This document shows positions 37,835 to 46,838 of a DNA stretch of 53,544 bases, piece by piece (position 1 is the stretch's first letter; each line of letters begins with the position of its first letter). Source of the stretch: an uncultured Nitrososphaerota archaeon (GTDB lineage: Archaea > Thermoproteota > EX4484-205 > JAAOZP01); contig CAYQCW010000006.1 in the NCBI GenBank assembly GCA_964416155.1, forward strand, positions 1-53,544. Direction: 5' to 3'. The position numbers were made by a program, and so were the translations under genes. The notes beneath the pieces were generated by a model. The model was not told the DNA's origin and ran no database searches. It saw nothing but the letters and a program-made list of their open reading frames with translations.

Positions 37835-39385
37835 TCATTCCCATTCTATTGTTGCCGGTGGCTTATGAGTTATGTCGTAAACAACCCTAGTAACCTCGGG
37901 TATTTCGTTAGTTATTCTCGTAGAGATTCTTTCAAGTATTTCATACGGGATTTTTGCAAAGCTTGCAGTCATAGCTTCACGACTTTCAACGATTCTCACA
38001 GCCACAACATAGCCATAGGCTCTCGCATCACCCTTAACGCCTGTGGTTTTCGTATCTGTTAGGACAGCGAAATATTGCCATAAGCATCCTCCGAACGCAT
38101 TTCTCTCAATTTCCTCTCTCACAATTTTATCCGCCTTCCTCACAATCTCAATCTTTTCTCTCGTTACTTCGCCCACAATCCTCACGGCAAGCCCTGGGCC
38201 TGGGAAAGGCTGTCTGAAAACCATTTCCCTAGGCAGACCAAGTATTTCAGCGACCTTTCTAACCTCATCCTTATACAGATCTCGCAAGGGCTCAACTATC
38301 CTCCTAAACTTAATATGCATAGGAAGCCCGGCTACATTATGATGGGTTTTTATCTTTTCCGAGAATCTTCTGAATCCCGACTCGATCCTGTCCGGGTAGA
38401 TTGTTCCTTGGATTAGGCATTCGGCCCCTGTTTTCTCAGCCACTTCCTCGAAAACCCTGATGAATTCCTCGCCGATGATCTTCCTCTTCGTCTCAGGGTC
38501 AACCACGTTCTTAAGCCTTTCAAGAAAACGAACCTGCGCATCTACCATTACAAGGTTTATTCCAAATGTTTGAAAAAATTTTCTCACTGACTCAGGCTCA
38601 TTCTCACGCATAAATCCGTGGTCGACGAAGACTGCAGAAAGCCTTTCTCCTATAGCTTTTGCCGCTAAAACTGTGGCCACACTAGAGTCAATGCCCCCGC
38701 TTAAAGCAATTATCGCCTTGCTCCCACCGACCTGCAACCTTATTTCCTCAATCATCCGGTCTATAACATTATCCATTTTCCATTTGGCTTCACACCCGCA
38801 TACTTCGAATAGGAAGTTGCGAAGCATTTGAACACCTTTCTCCGTATGGTTCACTTCTGGATGCCACTGTAAGCCGTAAATCGGTTTTTCTCTATGTCTG
38901 AAAGCAGCGATAGGAGAGTCTTCAGAATGCGCCAAAACCTCGTAGTCACTAGGGATTGAAAAAACAGTGTCGCCATGGCTCATCCATACTTTCGTCTTCC
39001 TCTTTAACCCCTTCAATATTCCCACAGGCTTGTCAACCGTGACAAGTGTTGCACCATACTCCTTTATTTCAGCGTGCCCAACCTTCCCGCCGGCTATATG
39101 AGCCAAGAGCTGATGACCATAGCAAATACCTAGGACTGGTAGGCCTAAGTCTAATATTCTGACATCGAGTCCTAGAGCCTCTTCATCAAAGATGCTAGCA
39201 GGCCCTCCAGATAGTATCATGCCCTTAATGTTAAGTTTCTGATCTAGAAACCTTATTTCATCCGCCTTAATATTGTGAGGAACAATTTCCGAATAGACAC
39301 CTTGCTCTCTTACTCGCCTTCCTATGAGGTGGCAATACTGACCTCCGAAATCTAAAACCAGCACAGCATCATAGCGGGTCGTCAT
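37835..39385 (-). CDS. guaA: GMP synthase (glutamine-hydrolysing), fused GATase plus ATPPase
   Basis: LDFGGQY, SGGP, LGICYGHQ, WMSHGD, QWHPEV, SGGIDS, QGTIYPD.IES, IKTHHNV, PFPGPGL and YDITHKPPATIEWE motifs. Confidence 0.97.
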   Translation of the reverse strand: MTTRYDAVLVLDFGGQYCHLIGRRVREQGVYSEIVPHNIKADEIRFLDQKLNIKGMILSGGPASIFDEEALGLDVRILDLGLPVLGICYGHQLLAHIAGGKVGHAEIKEYGATLVTVDKPVGILKGLKRKTKVWMSHGDTVFSIPSDYEVLAHSEDSPIAAFRHREKPIYGLQWHPEVNHTEKGVQMLRNFLFEVCGCEAKWKMDNVIDRMIEEIRLQVGGSKAIIALSGGIDSSVATVLAAKAIGERLSAVFVDHGFMRENEPESVRKFFQTFGINLVMVDAQVRFLERLKNVVDPETKRKIIGEEFIRVFEEVAEKTGAECLIQGTIYPDRIESGFRRFSEKIKTHHNVAGLPMHIKFRRIVEPLRDLYKDEVRKVAEILGLPREMVFRQPFPGPGLAVRIVGEVTREKIEIVRKADKIVREEIERNAFGGCLWQYFAVLTDTKTTGVKGDARAYGYVVAVRIVESREAMTASFAKIPYEILERISTRITNEIPEVTRVVYDITHKPPATIEWE

Positions 39386-40395
39386 GTGTCATCCAGCTTC
39401 TCCATTAGCTTAGGAACTATTTTAAACACGTCTTCCACTATAATGTAATCCGCAGCCTCGAATATGGGAGCCTTAGAATCCTTGTTTATGGCAACAATAA
39501 CCTTAGCATTTCTCACACCAACCATGTGATGCATTGACCCCGATATTCCGCACGCCACGTAGAGATCGGGCCTCACTATTTTACCGCTTTCACCTATCAT
39601 ACATTCCTGAGGAAGCCATCCCGCATCTACTACTGGCCGAGTAGCCCCCACCGTTCCCCCTAAAGCTTTTGCAAGCCTTTTAAGCATCCTGACTCCTTCG
39701 GGGCCCCTCGCTCCCACCCCTACTCCAATAACTACTCTCGCGTTCTCCAGCTCAGACTCCTCAGAGACTTTTTCAACTTCGAGAACCTCCACCTTGTCAT
39801 CTCCTTTTCCCAGATCAACCTTAACGCGGAAAACCTCTCCTTTACCCGGAGCTTTCGCCGGAACCGGGAATGCTCCAGGCCTTACCGTAGCGATCTGCGG
39901 CCTATGGTAGGGGGTGACTATTGTTGCAACAACATTTCCCCCGAATGCTGGAACGATTTGATACAGGGTTCTCTCAAGCTTCTTACCCTTCTCCTTGTCC
40001 TCGAAACAACCTATGTCTAAGTCGATGCAGTTCGCGGTTAAGCCTGTCCTCAGGCTCGCAGCCACCCTTGGCGCCAAGTCCCTGCCTAGAGTGCTTGCTG
40101 TGAACAAAACTATCTCCGGCCTATGGCTTCTTACAAGCTCTGTCAACAGCTTAGCGTATGGAAGAGTCTTATATTCTTTAAGCGTTTCACTGTCAGCAAG
40201 GTAAATCCTGTCGACACCATATTCAGCCAACGTGTTTACAAGATGGCTTACACCGTGACCGAAAAGAACTGTTGCCAATTCGGCTCCAAGCTTACCAGCT
40301 AGTTCACGTGCCTTACCAACTATTTCTAACGTGCTCTTGCTGACGACGTTATCCCTATGCTCAGCATATACCCATACTCCTGAGTAGCTGCTCAT
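39382..40395 (-). CDS. etfA: Electron transfer flavoprotein alpha subunit
   Basis: GVWVYAE, GRDLAPRVAA...GLTANC, PAFGGN, PQIATVRPG, VGATRPVVDAGW, P.LYVACGISG..HH and AINKD..APIF motifs. Confidence 0.95.
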   Translation of the reverse strand: MSSYSGVWVYAEHRDNVVSKSTLEIVGKARELAGKLGAELATVLFGHGVSHLVNTLAEYGVDRIYLADSETLKEYKTLPYAKLLTELVRSHRPEIVLFTASTLGRDLAPRVAASLRTGLTANCIDLDIGCFEDKEKGKKLERTLYQIVPAFGGNVVATIVTPYHRPQIATVRPGAFPVPAKAPGKGEVFRVKVDLGKGDDKVEVLEVEKVSEESELENARVVIGVGVGARGPEGVRMLKRLAKALGGTVGATRPVVDAGWLPQECMIGESGKIVRPDLYVACGISGSMHHMVGVRNAKVIVAINKDSKAPIFEAADYIIVEDVFKIVPKLMEKLDDT

Positions 40396-41195
40396 TGTTC
40401 AGCAGCCTCCAGAATTATGCCATCCTCCCTCAGCTTTCTTAAAACATTATTTACTACCTCTTCAACTCTCTCACCTTCAATCAAAATTCTTCTCCTCTGA
40501 AGACTTGCTTTCTCAATCTTCATTATTTTAGTCGGCGAGCCAGCTAAGCCGACTTTAACAGCCTCAGCTCCAATATCATCTAGGGACCATATTACAACAG
40601 GCTTCTTAACAGCCTTAAGGATTCCTGAGAAAGTTGTAGCCCTTGGCTTGTTAGCGTTTTTCAAGACTGTCAGCAAGACAGGCATCGCTATCCTGAGTTT
40701 CTCGTAACCCCCCTCCACTCTCCTCTTTAACTCTATACAATTCTCCTTTACTTCAAATTCCTCCACGAACGTTGCCTGGGGTAGTCCTAGGAATTCGGCA
40801 AGTTCTGGACCCACTTGGGCAGTACCGCCATCACTAGATTCAACTCCGCATAAGATTAAGTCATATGACCCTAGCTTCTCAATAGCCTTGTAAAGAACAT
40901 ATGATGTTGCTAAAGTATCTGAACCCCGGACTCTTCTATCCGAGATTAAGAAAGCGTCGTCAACGCCCATTGCTAAAGCCTCTCTGAGAGCATCCTCAGC
41001 CTTAAGTGGACCCATGGAGACAGCTACCACCCTGGAGTTAAGCTTCTCCTTAAGCTGAAGCGCCGCCTCTAATGCGTTTTTGTCACAATCATTTATCACC
41101 GCCCTTGCCCTCTCCCTGTCCAAGGTTCCGTCCTCTCTCACCCTGACATACTCCCTAGGATCAGGAACCTGTTTTATCAGAACTATGACGTTCAA
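40392..41195 (-). CDS. etfB: Electron transfer flavoprotein beta subunit
   Basis: IKQVPD, GTLDR, D.NALEAAL, SMGP, LAMGVD, GSDTLATS, DGGTAQVGP and GLAGSPT motifs. Confidence 0.95.
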   Translation of the reverse strand: MNVIVLIKQVPDPREYVRVREDGTLDRERARAVINDCDKNALEAALQLKEKLNSRVVAVSMGPLKAEDALREALAMGVDDAFLISDRRVRGSDTLATSYVLYKAIEKLGSYDLILCGVESSDGGTAQVGPELAEFLGLPQATFVEEFEVKENCIELKRRVEGGYEKLRIAMPVLLTVLKNANKPRATTFSGILKAVKKPVVIWSLDDIGAEAVKVGLAGSPTKIMKIEKASLQRRRILIEGERVEEVVNNVLRKLREDGIILEAAEQ

Positions 41196-41197
41196 TC

Positions 41198-43732
41198 TTA
41201 ATCACCTCTCTCATACCTGCTTAAAGCGGCAACCTGGACCGGTACAACCTTCCTATACACTTCCTCAGGCCTCCTGACTACCCCGTTGACCCTTAGAAGG
41301 TCTTCAACCCTTATTCCGAACAGCTCCTCATTCTCCATTAGTAGGGGAAGTATTCTATTCCAGTCTTCACTCGCGATGCTTTCAATCTTCCCGCCGTTAA
41401 GCTGGTCTTCACCAACAGTCTTCCTAGGGTCTCTCACGTATACTGCGCCAGCAGCCGCAAGGGGAAGAAGGTTTCCACCGGGATAAGGCGTTTCCTTCTC
41501 AATAAGCCTACCCTGCTCGTCGAGCCTAACTCCGTTGAGTATGATGAAGCCCTTAGCAGCCATGAAGGATTCCCCCATGTAATCCATGCAGGAGCCGTTT
41601 ATAACTGCGGTCGCGCTTCCAACAGCGTTTATCAGAGGCCTATCCACAAGGTCTCCTAGGATAAAAGCTACACCACCCTTTGCACCATACTCGAATGCTT
41701 TTCCAGCGTCACCGTATACGACGAGTTTCCCAGACCTGAAGCAGTAAGCAACTGAATCCTGCACGCTTCCATGCACGTAGAACTCTGGACCGTCTGCGAA
41801 GGCTGCAAGACAGTCCCCAACCCTTCCATACACATCTATCCTAACCCTGTCCCTCGTTATGAGGCCTGCACCAAAATTCCTCTGACCCCTGAAGTTGTAA
41901 GCTATGAATCTTCTCCACCCGAGTCTATACGCTTCCTCAAGGAGACGGCAGAGTCCTTCATCGCCTTCGGGCGGGAAATCGTAGGCATCTATCACTAGAA
42001 CACTGCTCTTCCCAGGTGGTTCCGCAAGCCTTCTTCTAGAGCTCCAGTCGACTCGTCTAAACATGCTTAGTGAGCGCACGCGTGCTGGTCCTATCGGCGG
42101 CGCTTTATCCAGAATCCCGTATACAGCTTTCTCGAAAACAGGGATTAAACGGTTCCTCCCGGCTTTAGACGGATACCTTTTGTCGATGAGGAGTGTCAGC
42201 AAGCCTACTGCTTTCATTGTTTCACCATCGTCTTTAGCACCGTATTCCTCCAAGGCGTCTGCAAATGAAACAACCTGATTGACGGACCAGGATCTAATCC
42301 TTTCGGAAAACAGTTTAAACAGCTCTATGGCGCTAAGCTTACTGAAAGCCTCTTTAACCGTCTTATCTCCTGCGCAGGCGGCATCTTCTAATCCTAGTCC
42401 TGTACCGTTAAACTCTGTTGGGGCAACGCTTGCTTCAACAGCTACTCTTCTACCAAATTTATCAGTGCAGACAAGGCTCCCACACCCATCCACAGTATAT
42501 ATGAAGGCTCCGCCATCAGTGTAGCTTCCCCCCCTCGCGTACCAGTAGGAGTCTGCCATCGGACGGAATCTTCCGTCATGTCGTGAAAGCTCTTCCAGCA
42601 TAGCGTCTATCGCCTGCCTCTCGGAAGCAATAATCCCGATCTTAACGGCACCCTCCTGGAGGGCGAAGATCTGTGGCCTGAGCATAGAGGTGTCCGTTAT
42701 ACCTATTAACTGGAAAACCCCGTTTTCAACGTCATTCCTAGCTATTATGAAGAACCATGGACCATCTGGAGAGCCGTGAATATGAGTAGCCTGAATAGCT
42801 CTGTATATCCTTTTCTTCTCATCCGGCAGCATTGCGAAATCTCTTTCACTCGTGGGGGCAATCGCCTCAATCGCGTACTCCAACGGGTACCTGTAGATTC
42901 TGGTTAAGAGATCCCAGTATAGGGCGGCAACCTCAGTATCAGTCAGGAACAGCGGGTATATTTCTCTCTGCTTAAGATATTCTGTTATTGAGAAATAGTT
43001 TGCGAAATCACCGTTATGGACGAGGACATCGTTTAAACCTATGAATGGATGTGATCCCCCAGGGTGCCACACCTTTCCCTTAGTAGGGTACCTCTGGTGG
43101 CCTATCCAGACGTGGGCCTCAAGGTCTTCAAGCATGTAGTATTTTATGACTTGTTCAGCATAGCCGACGATCTTTAGGACAAACATGTTTCTCCCATGCG
43201 ACAATACGAACGCCTTCTTTAAACCCGTTGAAGAATAATATTTCCTGTTTAATGCGAAGCTGTTCCCGTATATAAACTCGTCCTCCACATTCCTCTGGTT
43301 AAGCGTCTGTATGCCGCGTTCTTCAGCGAACTTTTTTAATACGTCCTCGTCAACCCTGACGAAGTATCGCCAGACTTCCGGAGGCTTCACCTCTAAGCCA
43401 ATACTCTCATGGTCCTCCAGTGTGGGAAGCTTTTCAAAGTGTTCAATTCTCATGAGCGGTTTGATGAACTCTGACTCCAGCTTCCTCCTCACCCCTGGAT
43501 CCAAATAGGCAACTTGAAGCAGGTAGCAGTCCTCCAGAACCCTTTTAGAAACACCCAGCTGCTTGGCTGAGAGTCCTACTGCAGCTATGCCGCCGCCTTT
43601 ACCGTTGCCCCTGTTATGCATCTGCACGAGGGGCCTCAGTAGAAACATGCCTCTTACCGGTATTGAAGAGGCCACGCCGACTACGCCGCAGCCGCCTTCC
43701 AAAATCCTTTCTAAGCCTTTCAATGCTATCAC
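41198..43732 (-). CDS. Glutamate synthase subunit: class II glutamine amidotransferase fused to GXGXG beta-helix domain
   Basis: EGG|CGVVG (Ntn Cys), HNRG, GHQRYPT, SHPF, VHNGD, TDTE, DGP and LRP motifs, then GQRNFGAG...GAKGG...DYMGE GXGXG repeats. Confidence 0.9.
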   Translation of the reverse strand: MIALKGLERILEGGCGVVGVASSIPVRGMFLLRPLVQMHNRGNGKGGGIAAVGLSAKQLGVSKRVLEDCYLLQVAYLDPGVRRKLESEFIKPLMRIEHFEKLPTLEDHESIGLEVKPPEVWRYFVRVDEDVLKKFAEERGIQTLNQRNVEDEFIYGNSFALNRKYYSSTGLKKAFVLSHGRNMFVLKIVGYAEQVIKYYMLEDLEAHVWIGHQRYPTKGKVWHPGGSHPFIGLNDVLVHNGDFANYFSITEYLKQREIYPLFLTDTEVAALYWDLLTRIYRYPLEYAIEAIAPTSERDFAMLPDEKKRIYRAIQATHIHGSPDGPWFFIIARNDVENGVFQLIGITDTSMLRPQIFALQEGAVKIGIIASERQAIDAMLEELSRHDGRFRPMADSYWYARGGSYTDGGAFIYTVDGCGSLVCTDKFGRRVAVEASVAPTEFNGTGLGLEDAACAGDKTVKEAFSKLSAIELFKLFSERIRSWSVNQVVSFADALEEYGAKDDGETMKAVGLLTLLIDKRYPSKAGRNRLIPVFEKAVYGILDKAPPIGPARVRSLSMFRRVDWSSRRRLAEPPGKSSVLVIDAYDFPPEGDEGLCRLLEEAYRLGWRRFIAYNFRGQRNFGAGLITRDRVRIDVYGRVGDCLAAFADGPEFYVHGSVQDSVAYCFRSGKLVVYGDAGKAFEYGAKGGVAFILGDLVDRPLINAVGSATAVINGSCMDYMGESFMAAKGFIILNGVRLDEQGRLIEKETPYPGGNLLPLAAAGAVYVRDPRKTVGEDQLNGGKIESIASEDWNRILPLLMENEELFGIRVEDLLRVNGVVRRPEEVYRKVVPVQVAALSRYERGD

Positions 43733-45276
43733 CCTAAGTGATCCAGATGAACCAGATGGTTGTACCGCCCTCTCCTGAACTTGACCTCGTCCTTCGGACG
43801 GAGCTCCCTGATGCTTTTTAAACCGAGCTTTGAAAGAATATAGTCAAGCTGCTTCTTCCATGAATAGTACATGTTTATTATTCTCTGAGCTCCCCATTCA
43901 GAGTCTATCAGGAGGCTTAAAGCAGGATCAGTGGTTGCTATTCCGGATGGGCAGCCCCTCCCCCTTTCACAGTTTCCACACCTCTTACATCCGAGGGCGA
44001 CAAGCTCGCTCGTGCCTATCACCGCACCGTCAGCCCCCAGCGCTATTATCTTCGCCACGTCGAAGGCGGTTCTTATTCCTCCACTAGCCATTATTACCAT
44101 CTCATCTCTAACACCCTCTCTGACCAAATAGTTGTGGACAATCGGAATAGCATACTCGACAGGCATAGCGATGTTCCTCTTAGCTACCTCCGGTGCAGCC
44201 CCCGTTCCGCCGAACCCCCCGTCTATCTGAAGGATATTGGCTCCCGCGTAATAGCTTCCGATGGCAACCATGTCGATGTCTATTGGCGTGGATACTTTCA
44301 CGGAGACGAGTGCCTCAGGATTAATATCCTTTATCAGCTGCACATGCCTATAATGGTCTTCTACGGAGTAAACATTGTGGAAGGGGAATGGGGAGAAGAG
44401 GCTTATATTAGGCACGACCTCCCTGATTTCAGCAACTTCGGGAGTAACCTTGTCGGCGAGAAGATGCCCGCCAAGGCCCGGCTTAGCGCCCTGAGCATAC
44501 TTAAGACAAACTATTCTTGCTCTCTTAATGGTTTCAGCGCTCACGCCGAAGTGTCCAGTTGCAACCTGCGTTATCACATTGTCTTTAAAAGGTAGGAGTT
44601 CCTTCGGATAACCTCCCTCACCGGTGCTCGTGAATATTTCCCAAGCTTTGGCTGCAATTGCCCTCGCAAGCATAACCCTTAGGCTTATTGAGCCAAAAGA
44701 CATGTCCGCGCCGTAAACCGGAATTGGAATCTTTATCTGCAGTCGCCCATCCTTCCTCTTATTTAAAACTATGGATGTGTCAAGATCCTTAGCCTCAAAG
44801 ATCTCGTTAAGATTTACCTCCTCCTCGAGCTCAAAATCGAACCTTATTCTATCGAATCCTCCTCCTGAGTCTCCAGTCCTAAACTCGTATCTCCCAGAGA
44901 GTTTTACAGATTCAGCCTGCTCCCAAGTTGAGAGAATAAGGTCAGCCGTCCACCGCTTGTCTCCAAGAACAAGATACTGAGGGTTAATCCTGACCGTTAA
45001 AGCACCTGTCGGGCATGCCTCCACACATCTCCGGCAGTCTGACCCGATGCAGCAGTTGCGAGTATTAGTTATACGGAGAAACCCGTTTGACTTCTTGAAC
45101 GCTTCATATTCAATGTTAGCGGAGCCTATGTACTCGGGGCAAGTCTGAGCACAGATGCCGCACGTTGTACATTTAGCCCTATCTAGAATAACGTCATACC
45201 TATGTATGGTGTAAGGTTGCTTGGATAAGGCAGGTTTCGTCTCGGGTTTTTTGAAAACCAGCTTACCCTGCATCAT
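43729..45276 (-). CDS. Glutamate synthase FMN-binding (synthase) subunit with N-terminal 2x[4Fe-4S] ferredoxin
   Basis: CTTCGICAQTCP and C..C..CVEACP clusters, MSFGS, TGEGG, QVATGHFG, KYAQGAKPGLGGHL...KV, IDG..GGTGAAP, ASGGIR and CKRCGNC....CPSGIAT. Confidence 0.93.
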   Translation of the reverse strand: MMQGKLVFKKPETKPALSKQPYTIHRYDVILDRAKCTTCGICAQTCPEYIGSANIEYEAFKKSNGFLRITNTRNCCIGSDCRRCVEACPTGALTVRINPQYLVLGDKRWTADLILSTWEQAESVKLSGRYEFRTGDSGGGFDRIRFDFELEEEVNLNEIFEAKDLDTSIVLNKRKDGRLQIKIPIPVYGADMSFGSISLRVMLARAIAAKAWEIFTSTGEGGYPKELLPFKDNVITQVATGHFGVSAETIKRARIVCLKYAQGAKPGLGGHLLADKVTPEVAEIREVVPNISLFSPFPFHNVYSVEDHYRHVQLIKDINPEALVSVKVSTPIDIDMVAIGSYYAGANILQIDGGFGGTGAAPEVAKRNIAMPVEYAIPIVHNYLVREGVRDEMVIMASGGIRTAFDVAKIIALGADGAVIGTSELVALGCKRCGNCERGRGCPSGIATTDPALSLLIDSEWGAQRIINMYYSWKKQLDYILSKLGLKSIRELRPKDEVKFRRGRYNHLVHLDHLG

Positions 45277-46670
45277 TCAGAATCACCAAAAACCTTTTCC
45301 TCAAGCTCCCTGTAGAATATCGCTCTACCCAGCTCGCCCCTTAGTCTCCTCACCTCTCTTAAACCCATTCCACCTAGAACCTCAAGAAGCTGGTCTCTCC
45401 AAGAACTGACGAGGTTCACAATCCTTTGGGAAGCAAGGCTGACGTCTGCGTTTTCAACCTTCATTGGGCAATCATTCTGGTGCCTATCGCCGTAGCACAC
45501 TCTGCATCCTAATGCAACCTGGTATGCTAACCCTATTGCAACCGCGTCTACACCGAGAATTATCGATTTGGGAACGTGTGCAGCCTCAGCAATCCCTCCG
45601 CTGGAGATAAGAGAAACCTCGTCCCGCATATGCTTTTCAACAAGACAAGAGTGAACGCTTCGAATAGTGTTTACAATAGCATCAGGATCATGTTTGATAA
45701 TGCTGTCATCAACATGAATATGCACGATTTCAACCCCGGCTTCCGCCGAAGTTTCAGCATCCTCAGCCGCCTCATCAATATTCGAAAACCTGGCGCATAT
45801 TATTACAGAAGGATTAATCTTCCTCACCTGTTTCAAATCATCCCTTATTTTCTTTTCACCTACCTTTTCCTCTTGATAATCTAGTTCAACGATCCGGGAG
45901 GATTCGATAAGCTTTGGGAACTCCATAATCCTACCGGAGCGGATTCTAGGCACCAGGTTGAAAACATAGGGCGACAGGTCGTCGAAGTAATCCTCCGCCT
46001 TCACGATTGAAAAAGTGTTGAGCATGCTAGCAGCCTTGGCTAGTGCAAGGCTTAGTCCTCTACCGGATGAGGAGAGCGGGGTGTCGAGAATTATGGGAAC
46101 AGGTATCTCGACTACCCTTGGAGGCTCTGAAACAAGCCTAGAGCCTCTGAAAACCAGACTGTGCGGCTTCCTGCCTAAGTCTACCGCGGTTGAAATGTAC
46201 TCCCTCCCATGTATCCCATCCCTCGTAGGCCTAACTATCTCAGAGAAGTCGAACCAGAAGCCGTCAAAACCGCTGCCCGCGAAAACACCGCCGTAACCGG
46301 CTCCTGAAACCGGGATCCTGCCTGTCTCAGCCTCGAAGAATATGTTCTCTATTCTTTCAGGAGTGAAGTATGAGTCTCCAAGCCCCTGGAACTCCGGGTT
46401 TAATTCTACGCATATTGCTCCCTTTGGGCATGAGAGTGTGCATTGGTGACATCCCCGGCAAAGCTCTTCAACCGGCTCTGCAAGCTTTCCCTCCTCACCA
46501 ATCCTGTGAACATTGTAGACACAGGCCTGAATACACTCCTGAATATTCACACAATTATTGTAAATCCTTACCCTGAATTTTTTAGGAAGCCTAGTTTTCC
46601 AAGAGGTTTCCATAACATCTGTATGATACCTTTTGAATGCGGTGCTGTTATCCGTATTTTCTGCTTTCAA
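45273..46670 (-). CDS. Second glutamate-synthase FMN-domain paralogue with ferredoxin domain, catalytically degenerate
   Basis: CRGCHQCTLSCP, GFDG, PIIL, LALAKAA, RDEVSLISSGGI..A.HVPK.IILGVDAV and QLLEVLGGMG.REVR.LRG motifs. It lacks GEGG and KxxQGAKPG. Confidence 0.85.
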   Translation of the reverse strand: MKAENTDNSTAFKRYHTDVMETSWKTRLPKKFRVRIYNNCVNIQECIQACVYNVHRIGEEGKLAEPVEELCRGCHQCTLSCPKGAICVELNPEFQGLGDSYFTPERIENIFFEAETGRIPVSGAGYGGVFAGSGFDGFWFDFSEIVRPTRDGIHGREYISTAVDLGRKPHSLVFRGSRLVSEPPRVVEIPVPIILDTPLSSSGRGLSLALAKAASMLNTFSIVKAEDYFDDLSPYVFNLVPRIRSGRIMEFPKLIESSRIVELDYQEEKVGEKKIRDDLKQVRKINPSVIICARFSNIDEAAEDAETSAEAGVEIVHIHVDDSIIKHDPDAIVNTIRSVHSCLVEKHMRDEVSLISSGGIAEAAHVPKSIILGVDAVAIGLAYQVALGCRVCYGDRHQNDCPMKVENADVSLASQRIVNLVSSWRDQLLEVLGGMGLREVRRLRGELGRAIFYRELEEKVFGDSE

Positions 46671-46708
46671 ATCATTTGACCCCAGCCAAAGCTGTAATAT
46701 ATAAGCTT

Positions 46709-46727
46709 ATCGGAAATTTTTTCCGAT
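46709..46727. promoter_or_regulatory. Palindromic operator 1 (upstream of the glt-etf operon TATA box)
   Basis: ATCGGAAATTTTTTCCGAT, flanked by the inverted TATA-like arms TAATATATAA (46695-46704) and TTATATATTA (46728-46737). Confidence 0.75.
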
Positions 46728-46780
46728 TTATATATTAGATATTTGGAATGAAAACTTTCGCAAGCATCTCGAGAAACAAT

Positions 46781-46805
46781 TTTATCGGGAATTCATTCCG
46801 ATAAA
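46781..46805. promoter_or_regulatory. Palindromic operator 2 (upstream of the gdhA TATA box)
   Basis: TTTATCGGGAATTCATTCCGATAAA. Its core shares 16 of 19 positions with operator 1, and TATA TTTATATT (46806-46813) follows immediately. Confidence 0.75.
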
Positions 46806-46838
46806 TTTATATTTCGTATTATAAACAACTGGTGACTC

